The translations under genes and the position numbers were made by a program. A stretch of 63,970 bases of DNA, the filler included, from Folioceros fuciformis (taxonomy: Eukaryota), in assembly GCA_049999805.1 (NCBI GenBank). It is 11 parts of 10 records of this genome, joined end to end, with 100 filler letters (N's around TTAATTAATTAA, not from the genome) between each part and the next. Parts side by side here need not be neighbours in the genome. Positions count along the whole stretch, not along the records: positions 44,780 to 51,720 come from JBNGIO010004217.1; positions 51,821 to 55,872 come from JBNGIO010004218.1; positions 55,973 to 57,786 come from JBNGIO010004227.1; positions 57,887 to 59,338 come from JBNGIO010004228.1; positions 59,439 to 60,788 come from JBNGIO010004229.1; 6 more parts are not named here. One strand, written 5' to 3'. The notes under the pieces were generated by a model. It was not told the DNA's origin and did not search any database. It saw only the letters and a list, made by a program, of their open reading frames with translations. Shown here piece by piece: positions 48,698 to 60,888 of this stretch; positions within the stretch are counted from its first letter, which is position 1; each line of letters starts with the position of its first letter.

Positions 48698-51080
48698 TGT
48701 AGGGTTATTAAAGCCCAATGTGCTTAGACTAATGTGATTAGTCTAATTAAACTAATGTGATAAGTTTAATTAGACTAATGTAATTAGTCTAAGATTAGTA
48801 TTTAATTAAGTATCATTAGCTTAAGCTAATCTTTAGGAAGCTTCCTGCATAGCTTCCTGTGAGCTCTTGTGAAGCTTCCTTGGGAGCTTTTCTAGAGGGT
48901 ATAAACACCCTCTTGAGCTCCCTTTGCAATAGAGTTGTGAGAGACACTGTGAGACCTCTCTTTCTCCTGTCCTCTCCTCCTCCCTTCTTCTCTCCTCTCC
49001 TTCACCATGCTCCTCTAATGACCCTTTCAAGTGGTATCAGAGCAAAGGTTGTGGAGCAAGATGGTTGTGCCTATTGTAGGTACAATGAGCGGAGGCACAA
49101 GGCAAGAAGATGGAGCTAGGAGGGTTAGGGCGCCAGTAGGGCGCAAGCCGAGCGCCAACTAAGCGCCACTGGGCTGCCAGCAAGGCGCCAATGCAGCGCT
49201 ATTTGGCCGTCACGCGGGCGCCAACAAGGGGCCACTTGGCGCCACCCGGGCACCAAGGTGCCACTTGGCCGCCAGCAGGGCGCCAACTGGGCACCAATGG
49301 AAGGGTTACCTGGACGGTAGTCGTTCGCCAGTGGAGCGCTACCGAGGCAAGCATCTTGCCAGGCACCGAGCGCGCAAGACGGATGCAAGAAAGCGAACAA
49401 ATTGCGGTCGTCGAGTGCGAGGGTGGGGGCGCCGAACTGACCTTGACCGTGGAAGTCAAGATCTCGATCGGACGATGGGAGACATTCCAGTTGTGAGCGA
49501 TCGAAGCCCAAGTTGTGGACATCCAATTTGGAACAAGTTATGAGGGTAACTTTGAGAATCTACATTACATTCCGACTGTTTACTAACTAGCCTTTTAGTT
49601 GATTTGCATTGGTTTTTTGAATCATGACGTCCTTCGAAAACGTCATTTTCAATATCGAGAAGTTAGATGGTACTAACTTTCCGTTCTGGAAAGAACAAGT
49701 GTACAATGTTCTAGTGCAGAAGAAGCANNNNNNNNNNNNNNNNNNNNNNNNNNNNNNNNNNNNNNNNNNNNNNNNNNNNNNNNNNNNNNNNNNNNNNNNN
49801 NNNNNNNNNNNNNNNNNNNNNNNNNNNAGCTATGGCAGAAGTTGTGTGACCTGTACGAGAAGCAAAGTGCGGCTTCTCAGGTGTACTGGTTGAAACAACT
49901 GGTGGACTTGAAGATGAAGGAAGGGACGAGGATGTCCGATCATCTAAACGAGTTCAATACAATTTTCAGCCAGCTCTCATCTCAAGGTATCTCGTTTCCA
50001 GATTCCATGAGAGCTATGTTTCTATTGGTCACATTACCAGAGAGCTGGGACACCTTTCATATAGCTCTGAGTAATTCGGCTCCTGCTAGTGATCTTATCG
50101 TTGTAAATGTAGAGGGTAGTCTATTAACAAAGGAGGTGAACAGGCAGAATATGGAACCTTCGAAAGGTTCCAATGCCCTCATAGTGAGAGAAAGGTCCAC
50201 TTCAAAGGGGAAGTACAAGGAGCGAAGTTCTTCCTGTAGTAAATCTCGTAGTCGTAACAATGTTGAGTGTTACCATTGACACAAGAAGAGTCACATCAAG
50301 AGGGACTGCGAGAAGTTCAAGAAGGACATAGGAAAGGAGAAGAAGCAAACCGACACCAAGGCAAGTCCGAGTACCAAGCCTAACGAGGTGAATTATGTTG
50401 ACGATGGAGATGTTTTTATCTCTTCTTCCTTCGATTCTGCACAACTGACAGCCGTGGATAGTCATTTATTGTCTAATTGGATAATTGACTCTGGAGCATC
50501 TTTCCATGTTACTCCGCATAGGGAGTGGTTTAGCACTTATGATACTACTAGGAAGGGATGTGTTCGGCTTGGAAATAACTACGCGAGCGAGATTGCAGGC
50601 GTTGGTGATGTGCAACTGAAGTTCCACAACGGATCTTCATTCACATTGAAGGATGTTAGGCATGTTCCGAAGTTGACAAAAAGCATGATTAGCGCAGGGC
50701 AATTGGATGACGCTGGCTACCACTATTGGTTTGGAGATAATTCTTGGAATGTCTCCAAAGGTTCTCTTGTGTTAGCTCGTGGAACGAAGTGTGGCACTTT
50801 GTACTCACTTTAGGTAACCACTGTTAAGGATCATGTGATTTGTGTAACGGAGCAGCCAAGTGTTTCCTTGTGGCATAGTCGGTTAGGACATATGTCTCAA
50901 AAAGGAATGAAGATTTTATCTCGTTTTGGTTACGTCCCTGCTTTTGACTTCTCCGATTTCTCCGTGTGTGAGCACTGTTTGTATGGGAAACAGACGAAGT
51001 CACCACATGGAGCAAGAGGTAAACACAAAAGTAAACCTCTTGAGTTGGTTCACAGTGACGTTTGTGGACCTATGCCCACT
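48698..51080 (+). mobile_element. 5' half of Tnt1/Tork-like copia J: LTR 48698-49029, PBS 49032-49043, gag ATG 49624, PR, INT start; inserted in I
   Basis: TGTAGGG...CTTTCA LTR matching C/K; TGGTATCAGAGC; near-identical proteins to A/C; broken at VHSDVCGPMPT by family F. Confidence 0.94.
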
Positions 51081-51313
51081 TGTGGAGGCAAAACCCCGGG
51101 CATTGATTGCCAACGGGTTCCACCTTTAGTGGCCACACTTACCCCACTATCGTTGAGAACTTGGGTTTCGTTCCCATGAAGGAGCGATGGGGTTCCTTGC
51201 TGATGTGGATGGAGGGTCGGACTTGATCGACTCGAAGATGGATTCGAGGGCTCCCCTCCAGCTCCGATCAGGCGTAGAACAGGCCTCGCTGTCCGGCGGT
51301 CAGCTGCACCTCT
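51081..51313 (+). mobile_element. Family F LTR-like start, inserted in J and itself interrupted by K
   Basis: Reverse complement of ~10243-10474. Confidence 0.85.
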
Positions 51314-51720
51314 TGTAGGATCACTAGAGGAGCATGGTGGAGGAGAGGAGAAGAGGAGGCAGAGAGGAGAGGAGAAAAAGAGGTCACATTTAGAGTAGTT
51401 GGCAAGGGAGCTCAAGGGGGTATTTATACCCTCTAGAAGAGCTCCCTAGGAAGCTTCACAAGAAGCTCACAGAAAGCTGCGCAAGAAGCTTCCTACAGAT
51501 TAGCTTAAGCTAATCTAAACTAATGATACTTAACTAGGCACTAATCTTAGACTAAACACATTAGTCTAAGCACATTAACTAGACACTAATCTTAGACTAA
51601 ACACATTAGCCTAAGCACATTGGGCTTTAATAACCCTACAACCTCCCACTTAAAGGCCAATTTACCTTCATAAGAGAGTGGTCTAGCTCATGCCCATGAG
51701 TGTCCGAGCTTGTGCGAATT
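51314..51720 (-). mobile_element. 3' end of Tnt1/Tork-like copia K: 3' LTR 51314-51640, PPT 51641-51651, pol tail
   Basis: Reverse complement of C 16345-16627 and of the J LTR; internal tandem duplication at 51540-51620. Confidence 0.92.
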
Positions 51721-52453
51721 NNNNNNNNNNNNNNNNNNNNNNNNNNNNNNNNNNNNNNNNNNNNTTAATTAATTAANNNNNNNNNNNNNNNNNNNNNNNN
51801 NNNNNNNNNNNNNNNNNNNNAACTAGGGTTAGGGCACGTTTCATAATTTAATTATTATATAGGTGCACCTATTGATGATAGTTATAGCCCTAATTTGATA
51901 GTTACTATTTAAGACATATTTTTCTTTTATTATTCTTGTACTTCATGAATCATTCAATAGAATGCATATATTTTACAATTGACTCAATGCTTTGATTATA
52001 GTAAAATCAAAATGATATCAAAGCAAATTGCAATGATCTGCATTTGGGTTAATGCAAATTAGATTGAATTTGTTTCAAAAACATACATTTCTAATATTAC
52101 ATTACTTTTAGAAATGCTTTCTATTTTGTAAGAAATAGATTGCAAATCATTTCCTATATCTTTTCTTCTAGATTAGAATGTGTATAAATCTTATGGTCTA
52201 GAGCATAATAAATTTAATTTAATATCTGGATTTGAAATCCAGATAATCATTTTACGTAAAATGTTTGATTCCTGTAATTAAATAATTTTAGATAAGTTTT
52301 TTTTACAAATAGATTTTGTGTATTTATTTAGGATTTACCCTAAACAAAAATGGAAGAATTAATTGCAATTGTCTTTCTGCAAAAATTTTCAATTATACAT
52401 ACACAATTTATTGAAGATGAGAATTTCCTCACTAATTCTTGTAATCTAATTTA

Positions 52454-55400
52454 ATGGATGAAATTGACGAAGCTGACAATTATTGGAACCCTTCTCTTTC
52501 TTGCCTTCCTCACACCTTAACTAGAAGATTATCTAGTCCTCCTGTGATGTTGGAGCCAACAAATCTGGCTGGTGATGGTTTTAAGGAGAAGGATTGTTTC
52601 AATGGAACTGACTACGATATCTGGGTATAAGGATGTAAGGAGCACTCCAAAACCGGCAACTTTGGAAAATCACAAAGGGTGATGAGGAGCAGCCGAATGA
52701 TGATCCTGAAGCAGCTGAAGCATGGTCAATCAAAAATGATGCGGCCATGTACCTTATTCGTAGTGGCCTAACATCAAATATGTTACGGTAGACTAGAGGG
52801 GCTAAGTCAGCAGCAGAAATTTGGATTCGCTTAGAGGACCTGTATTCAGCTAGAAATGTGGTGAGCGTTATGTTAGCTTTGCGCAATTTTNNNNNNNNNN
52901 NNNNNNNNNNNNNNNNNNNNNNNNNNNNNNNNNNNNNNNNNNNNNNNNNNNNNNNNNNNNNNNNNNNNNNNNNNNNNNNNNNNNNNNNNNTTGATTAGAA
53001 GAGTATCTAGTCCTCCTACGATATCAGAGCCAACAAATCTGGCTGACGATGGTTTTAAGGAGAAGGATCGTTTCAATGGAGCTGACTACGATATCTGGGT
53101 ATTAAGGTTGCAAGAAGCACTCCAAAACCGACAACTCTAGAAAATCACAAAGGGTGATGAGGAGCTACTAGATGATGGTGATCAAGAAGCAGCTGAAGCA
53201 TGGTCAATAAAAAATGATGCGGCCATGTACCTTATTCGCAGTGGCCTAACATCCAACATGTTACGGCAGACTAGAGGGGCTAAGTCAGCAGTAGAAATTT
53301 GGACTCGCTTGGAGGACTTGTATTCAGCCATAAATGTAATGAGCGTTATGTCAGCTATGCGCAATTTTCAAAACTACAAGATGAAAGAGGGAGATTCAAT
53401 TGAGAAACATGTTGGTGTGTTTGGAGCATTGGCTGCCAAGTGTGAAAGTGCTTTTGGAGAGGTGATGGATGATCAGGACCTTTGTATGGCCCTCATGTTA
53501 TCTCTACCCGAATCATGGTCTCATTTTGTGACATCACACACAGCTGCTCAAACCCAAGCTGCTAGGCTAGTGAGACTCTTGGGGGTAGTTTTACCTTCAA
53601 TGTCATTTGCTGAGCTAGTGAGAGCCCTTATGCAAGAGGAGGCAAGTAGGGGCCAACATCGACGTGCAGGGAAGCAACAAGCACTATACACGTCTAATTA
53701 CAACAAAAAGGGCGCAAGGCCAAGCTTTCATGGTTCAAGTTATGTAAATAAGGGAACTTCAAAATTTGGAAGTTCGCAGCAGAAGCCAAATAACCAGAAT
53801 AATCAGAAAGCAAAGAGACCAGGTAATTGCAACTATTGTGGAATACCTGGTCATTGGGCACGTGACTGTAGGAAGAAGCAAGCCGTTGAGAATCGAAAGA
53901 ACTCTTCAGCTGGTGCATCCAAACAAGTGGTGGTGAAAAAACAGCCTACTCCTTCTGTTCTCATAGTTTTGACAAGGAAGAATGTTGTTGTCTCACTAGT
54001 CCAGCCCATTAGCCAGTCAGCACATGCATTCACCCATCGTTCTAGTGAATGGTATTTAGATACAAGCGCTACAGCACATGTGTGTTTTGATGAAAGTGCA
54101 TTCACAACATAGTGGTCAGTTTCAGATGAGTATGTTTTACCTTGGAGATGATAGGTCTCTTGTCACACATGGAAAAGGCACAATCACATTGTCATTACCT
54201 TCTGGGGCTGTTTTGCTTCTCAATGAAGTTTATCATGTGCCTGACATGACTAAGAATTTGATCTCTTAAGAAGTTAAGTTTGCAGATAAGTTAAGTCATG
54301 TTTTGTTTACACAAGCAAAATGCCAGTTGATAGATGCACTTGATTATAAGAAAATAATTGGTTTTGGATCCTCTGCAGAAGGTTTGTACCTTTTACATAT
54401 AGAACAAGCTCCTAAAGAGTCTAATTTAACATAAGATGTCTTGTCGATTTCTGACCAGCAAATAGAAAAGTCAAAGTTATGACATGCTAGATTGGGACAC
54501 CCACATAACACTAAATTGCAAAAATTAGCTATTAGTGATTTGTATCAAAATGGAAAAATTGTACCCAGCTTGCCACTTTGTGAATCTTGTGTTCTTTCCA
54601 AGCGATATCAAGCTGCTTTCAAAAAATTGACTCCCCATAGAGCACATGAAATATTGGAGCTTGTACATACAGATCTACGTGGGCCTCTTTCTCAAGAGTC
54701 CATAGGTGGTGGAAAATATTTCTCAACTTTACAGATGATAAAACCAGATTTGTCACTTCATATATTTTGAAAAATAAAAGTAAGTGTTTTCTTATTTTAA
54801 GGATTATGTAAAACAATCTGAAAGGTGGACTGGAAAGCAATTGAAGACATTAAGATCAGATAATGGTGAAGAATTCACCTCCCATGCTTTCCAGGATTAT
54901 TGTATAGACGTTGGTATTGGGAGACAGTTGACAGTGGTTTACACTCCTCAACAAATGGAGTTGCAAAGCGCTTGAATTTAACTCTACAAGAAATGACAGC
55001 ATGTTTGCTTCATCAAGCTCAGCTTCCTTTACCATATTAGGCAAAAGCATTAATGACAGCCACTTACCTCAAAAATAGGTTGCTACAAATTCTATTGAAA
55101 ATATGACACCTTATGAAGCTTTCACACGACGAAAGCCATCAATTCAACACCTAAGGGTTTTTGGCTCTGTTGCCTATGCTGTTATACCCAAAGAGAACCG
55201 TAAAAAGTTTTCAGATAAGTCAAGGAAACTCCTCATGTTAGGTTATACAGAATGCATCAAGGCCTATAAATTATATGATGTTAATAATAAATTTTCTTAT
55301 GCAAGAAGTGTTACTTTTGATGAGAGTACCTTTGGATTAGAAGGATCAGTTGAGACTGAAAATTCAGCTCAAGGTGAGAGTGCTGATGATTCAGCCCTTC

Positions 55401-55872
55401 CTCTAATTTCTCATTTTGATCAGATAGATTATGGTACTCCCATTTTGAGTTGTGAATCCCAACAACATTATGTGGTTGAACCAATGCATGAATCGGTTAT
55501 ATAGTTACCTATTCCTTTAGAGGAAATTCAAGATGAAAATATTAATCTTACAGGGGAGGACATTGTCAATAATGATGCTGATGTTTTTGAAGAGCACTCT
55601 ATCTTACCTCCACAAGTGACTCCTGAGCAAGAGCCTCCACCTCATCGCTATCCAACCCATGAGCCGCATGCTCCTGATTATTATCAAGCTCCTTATTTTA
55701 GAGCAGGTAGAGTAGGAGTGTCTTATGCAGAAGTTCTGGCTGCCACCTCCCTGTCAAAACTGCTTTCCTTTATGGCAACTTGACATTGATATACATATAC
55801 AGCAGCCTCCTGGTTATGAAGTAAAGGGAAATGAGAAGTTAGTTTGTAAACTTATTAAAACAATTTATGGAC
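52454..55872 (+). pseudogene. Decayed gag-pol of Ty1/copia G (B/D/E lineage); gag start present twice, non-identically, across the 100-N gap
   Basis: GFKEKDRFNGADYDIW; LPESWSHFV...LVRALMQEE; CNYCGIPGHWARDC; WYLDTSATAH; RSDNGEEF; HLRVFGS; deletion into RT (QPPGY...LVCKLIKTIYG). Confidence 0.9.
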
Positions 55873-55972
55873 NNNNNNNNNNNNNNNNNNNNNNNNNNNN
55901 NNNNNNNNNNNNNNNNTTAATTAATTAANNNNNNNNNNNNNNNNNNNNNNNNNNNNNNNNNNNNNNNNNNNN

Positions 55973-57786
55973 GTTTAGATACGTATTTAATACGTACTGA
56001 TATGTATACCATATACATATCCCCGTATTTCTTTTCTTTTTATTTTCCTAATTTCCTCTTTTTTTATTTTCATCCCTATTTTTCTGGATTTAATTCCAGA
56101 AATTCCAATTCAACTCTGTTTCACCTGCTTTCTTCTCCTCCTAGTTCGGGGCCTCCCCCAGCACCCCAGGGTCAGTCTTTCATGGCTGAGGAACCATTTC
56201 GGCTGGAAGCTGATCCCGTTGAATAAGCTACTGTTTTCACGCCAGGTTCCGGCTGCTAATCCCACTCCTTCCCACCTCCTCTCTATCTTTCCCACTTCTC
56301 ATACTCCTCCCCTGGACGCTGGCTCAGCCACCAAGGGTGAATAGTTGCAGGGGAACAATTAGCGGGCGGCCATCCAGCAAGGAAGAGGCGGCGTCCGCAT
56401 ATCTTTGAAGATCAGACATCCTCCGAAGTCTCAGGATAGTCTAAGAGGTGGTAGATCCTTGTGGTGGTAGGGCCAGGAACTCATTGGTGGCAGGATGTGC
56501 TAGAAGTCTAAATAAGTGGCTGGTGATAGCCGGCTAGGCTAGTGGTTCTATTAAAATAATATTTCTCAAGTTAGAGAGAGGTGAAGTCAGAGAGAGAGAG
56601 AGGCTCCTACAAGATCAGGTGAGCCTGTAGGAGGAGGGAGTCATTCACTTTGGGAGTCAGTCTATCCCTTTGTGAGCTCTTAGAGGTCCTCTCTTCACGA
56701 GCTCTTATAGTCTGTCCCTGCTTAGTCTAGGACCTGCAGTGTGTTGTCGGCTGTGCAACGTCTGGTAGGATCGCAAGCCGCGTGTTGCCGGCTGTACAGT
56801 GTCTGGTAGGATTGCGGGCAGCGTGTTGTCGGTTGTATAGTGTCTGGTAGGATCACAAGGTGTAATGACCAGGGNNNNNNNNNNGTTTAGATACGTATTT
56901 AATACGTACTGATATGTATACCATATACATATCCCCGTATTTCTTTTCTTTTTATTTTCCTAATTTCCTCTTTTTTTATTTTCATCCCTATTTTTCTGGA
57001 TTTAATTCCAGAAATTCCAATTCAACTCTGTTTCACCTGCTTTCTTCTCCTCCTAGTTCGGGGCCTCCCCCAGCACCCCAGGGTCAGTCTTTCATGGCTG
57101 AGGAACCATTTCGGCTGGAAGCTGATCCCGTTGAATAAGCTACTGTTTTCACGCCAGGTTCCGGCTGCTAATCCCACTCCTTCCCACCTCCTCTCTATCT
57201 TTCCCACTTCTCATACTCCTCCCCTGGACGCTGGCTCAGCCACCAAGGGTGAATAGTTGCAGGGGAACAATTAGCGGGCGGCCATCCAGCAAGGAAGAGG
57301 CGGCGTCCGCATATCTTTGAAGATCAGACATCCTCCGAAGTCTCAGGATAGTCTAAGAGGTGGTAGATCCTTGTGGTGGTAGGGCCAGGAACTCATTGGT
57401 GGCAGGATGTGCTAGAAGTCTAAATAAGTGGCTGGTGATAGCCGGCTAGGCTAGTGGTTCTATTAAAATAATATTTCTCAAGTTAGAGAGAGGTGAAGTC
57501 AGAGAGAGAGAGAGGCTCCTACAAGATCAGGTGAGCCTGTAGGAGGAGGGAGTCATTCACTTTGGGAGTCAGTCTATCCCTTTGTGAGCTCTTAGAGGTC
57601 CTCTCTTCACGAGCTCTTATAGTCTGTCCCTGCTTAGTCTAGGACCTGCAGTGTGTTGTCGGCTGTGCAACGTCTGGTAGGATCGCAAGCCGCGTGTTGC
57701 CGGCTGTACAGTGTCTGGTAGGATTGCGGGCAGCGTGTTGTCGGTTGTATAGTGTCTGGTAGGATCACAAGGTGTAATGACCAGGG
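55973..57786. repeat. 902-bp TE-like fragment duplicated exactly across a 10-N gap; same family as 59439-60788
   Basis: 55973-56874 equals 56885-57786; contains three ~39-bp GTGTTGTCGG...GTCTGGTAGGAT units. Confidence 0.9.
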
Positions 57787-57886
57787 NNNNNNNNNNNNNN
57801 NNNNNNNNNNNNNNNNNNNNNNNNNNNNNNTTAATTAATTAANNNNNNNNNNNNNNNNNNNNNNNNNNNNNNNNNNNNNNNNNNNN

Positions 57887-59338
57887 CCTTAGGTAGGGAC
57901 CCCTTTAAATACCCTCTTGTCGTAGGTATACTTCTATATGTAGTAACTGCCCTTAATAGATTCCCTACATAGGTGTCCCCTTTTCTGTAGGTAGCGCCCT
58001 TCACAATTATATTTCTTATTTGGGTACTACCTCCCAAAGAGATATCCTCCCTACGTAGGCATACCTCCCTATAGGTAGCCATCCCAAAGAAGATAACTTC
58101 TTTATAATACTACCCCTTATTATCGCCACTCATCTAACCTACCGAACCAAGACCAAACAAAACTGAAAATGTTATTAGCCGCTCCCTACCTACTGCGGGT
58201 ATTTGCCAAAAACCCGCATTCCACACCCGCGCCCTGGCCAGGAGCCCTTGGTTAGGCTGGCAGTACCCTCCTGGTGCCACCGCGGCGCCTTGCGGGCTTG
58301 CTGTGCCTGCACCCAGTGGCAGGAAGTGCCCTGCGGCCGGGATCATCCGCCTTTCGGTGCTCCACGGCCTGGGCTTCGTGTCGCCCCCTCCTAGGTAGGA
58401 CCCCGGGCTCCCACTTCACTCCGATATTGCCTTCATTCCTAGGCCTTGTGCACCATCACCCTTCTTACTCCAAACCTGCTCTGATACCACTTGAATAAAC
58501 GCTCTAGGAGCTACATGGTGAAGGAGAAGAGAGGAGGAGGCAAGGAGGAGAGGAGAAAGAGAGGTCACACTCTCACAATAGAGTCACACAATACAAGGGA
58601 GCTCAAGNNNNNNNNNNCCTTAGGTAGGGACCCCTTTAAATACCCTCTTGTCGTAGGTATACTTCTATATGTAGTAACTGCCCTTAATAGATTCCCTACA
58701 TAGGTGTCCCCTTTTCTGTAGGTAGCGCCCTTCACAATTATATTTCTTATTTGGGTACTACCTCCCAAAGAGATATCCTCCCTACGTAGGCATACCTCCC
58801 TATAGGTAGCCATCCCAAAGAAGATAACTTCTTTATAATACTACCCCTTATTATCGCCACTCATCTAACCTACCGAACCAAGACCAAACAAAACTGAAAA
58901 TGTTATTAGCCGCTCCCTACCTACTGCGGGTATTTGCCAAAAACCCGCATTCCACACCCGCGCCCTGGCCAGGAGCCCTTGGTTAGGCTGGCAGTACCCT
59001 CCTGGTGCCACCGCGGCGCCTTGCGGGCTTGCTGTGCCTGCACCCAGTGGCAGGAAGTGCCCTGCGGCCGGGATCATCCGCCTTTCGGTGCTCCACGGCC
59101 TGGGCTTCGTGTCGCCCCCTCCTAGGTAGGACCCCGGGCTCCCACTTCACTCCGATATTGCCTTCATTCCTAGGCCTTGTGCACCATCACCCTTCTTACT
59201 CCAAACCTGCTCTGATACCACTTGAATAAACGCTCTAGGAGCTACATGGTGAAGGAGAAGAGAGGAGGAGGCAAGGAGGAGAGGAGAAAGAGAGGTCACA
59301 CTCTCACAATAGAGTCACACAATACAAGGGAGCTCAAG
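57887..59338 (-). mobile_element. Tnt1-like copia LTR 3' end + PBS (58478-58489) + leader with family H LTR inserted at 58225; whole 721 bp duplicated exactly
   Basis: Minus strand ...TTATTCA AG TGGTATCAGAGC; LTR matches 48911-49029; 57887-58607 equals 58618-59338. Confidence 0.85.
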
Positions 59339-59438
59339 NNNNNNNNNNNNNNNNNNNNNNNNNNNNNNNNNNNNNNNNNNNNTTAATTAATTAANNNNNN
59401 NNNNNNNNNNNNNNNNNNNNNNNNNNNNNNNNNNNNNN

Positions 59439-60788
59439 GGTGTTTTTTAGAGACCGTATACGGTCCGTATACGTATATCCCCCCTCTCTTGTATTTTATA
59501 CGGTTTAGATATGTATTTAATACGTACTGATACGTATACCCATATTTCTTCTTTTTATTTTCCTAATTTCCCCTTTTCTATTTTCACCCCTATTTTTCTG
59601 GATTTAATTCTAGAAATTCCAATTCAACTCTATTTCACCTGCTTTCTTTTCCTCCTAGTTCAAGGCCTATTCCAGCACCTCGGGGTCAGTCTTCCATGGC
59701 CGAGGAACCATTTTGGCTGGAAGCTAATCCCGCTGAATAAGCTACCGTTTTCAGGCCAGGTTCCGGCTGCTGATCCCATTGCCTCCCACCTCCTCTCTAT
59801 CTTTCTCACTTCTCATACTCCTCCCCTGGAAGCTGGCTCAGCCACCAAGGGTGAACAGTTGCAAGGGAAGACTTAGCGGGCGGCCATCCAGCAAGGAAGA
59901 GGTGGCGTCCGCATATCTTTGAAGATCAGACATCCTCCGAAGTCTCATGATAGTCTAAGAGGTGGTAGATCCTTGTGGTGGTAGGGCCGGGAGCTCATTG
60001 GTGGCAGGATGTGCTAGAAGTCTAAATAAGTGGCTCGTGATAGCCAGCTAGACTAGTGGTCCTATTAAAATAATATTTCTCAAGTTAGAGAGAGGTGAAG
60101 TCAGAGAGNNNNNNNNNNGGTGTTTTTTAGAGACCGTATACGGTCCGTATACGTATATCCCCCCTCTCTTGTATTTTATACGGTTTAGATATGTATTTAA
60201 TACGTACTGATACGTATACCCATATTTCTTCTTTTTATTTTCCTAATTTCCCCTTTTCTATTTTCACCCCTATTTTTCTGGATTTAATTCTAGAAATTCC
60301 AATTCAACTCTATTTCACCTGCTTTCTTTTCCTCCTAGTTCAAGGCCTATTCCAGCACCTCGGGGTCAGTCTTCCATGGCCGAGGAACCATTTTGGCTGG
60401 AAGCTAATCCCGCTGAATAAGCTACCGTTTTCAGGCCAGGTTCCGGCTGCTGATCCCATTGCCTCCCACCTCCTCTCTATCTTTCTCACTTCTCATACTC
60501 CTCCCCTGGAAGCTGGCTCAGCCACCAAGGGTGAACAGTTGCAAGGGAAGACTTAGCGGGCGGCCATCCAGCAAGGAAGAGGTGGCGTCCGCATATCTTT
60601 GAAGATCAGACATCCTCCGAAGTCTCATGATAGTCTAAGAGGTGGTAGATCCTTGTGGTGGTAGGGCCGGGAGCTCATTGGTGGCAGGATGTGCTAGAAG
60701 TCTAAATAAGTGGCTCGTGATAGCCAGCTAGACTAGTGGTCCTATTAAAATAATATTTCTCAAGTTAGAGAGAGGTGAAGTCAGAGAG
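59439..60788. repeat. 670-bp fragment duplicated exactly across a 10-N gap
   Basis: 59439-60108 equals 60119-60788; similar to 55973-56600. Confidence 0.9.
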
Positions 60789-60888
60789 NNNNNNNNNNNN
60801 NNNNNNNNNNNNNNNNNNNNNNNNNNNNNNNNTTAATTAATTAANNNNNNNNNNNNNNNNNNNNNNNNNNNNNNNNNNNNNNNNNNNN

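Noticed and set aside
52500-53370. Tandem double gag in element G
   Set aside because: The two non-identical starts flank a 100-N gap; most simply two related copies or haplotypes scaffolded together.
56002-56226. Phe/Tyr-rich small ORF suggesting a membrane peptide (also 59511-59876)
   Set aside because: Derived from T-rich sequence; the related copies use different frames, so it is not conserved.
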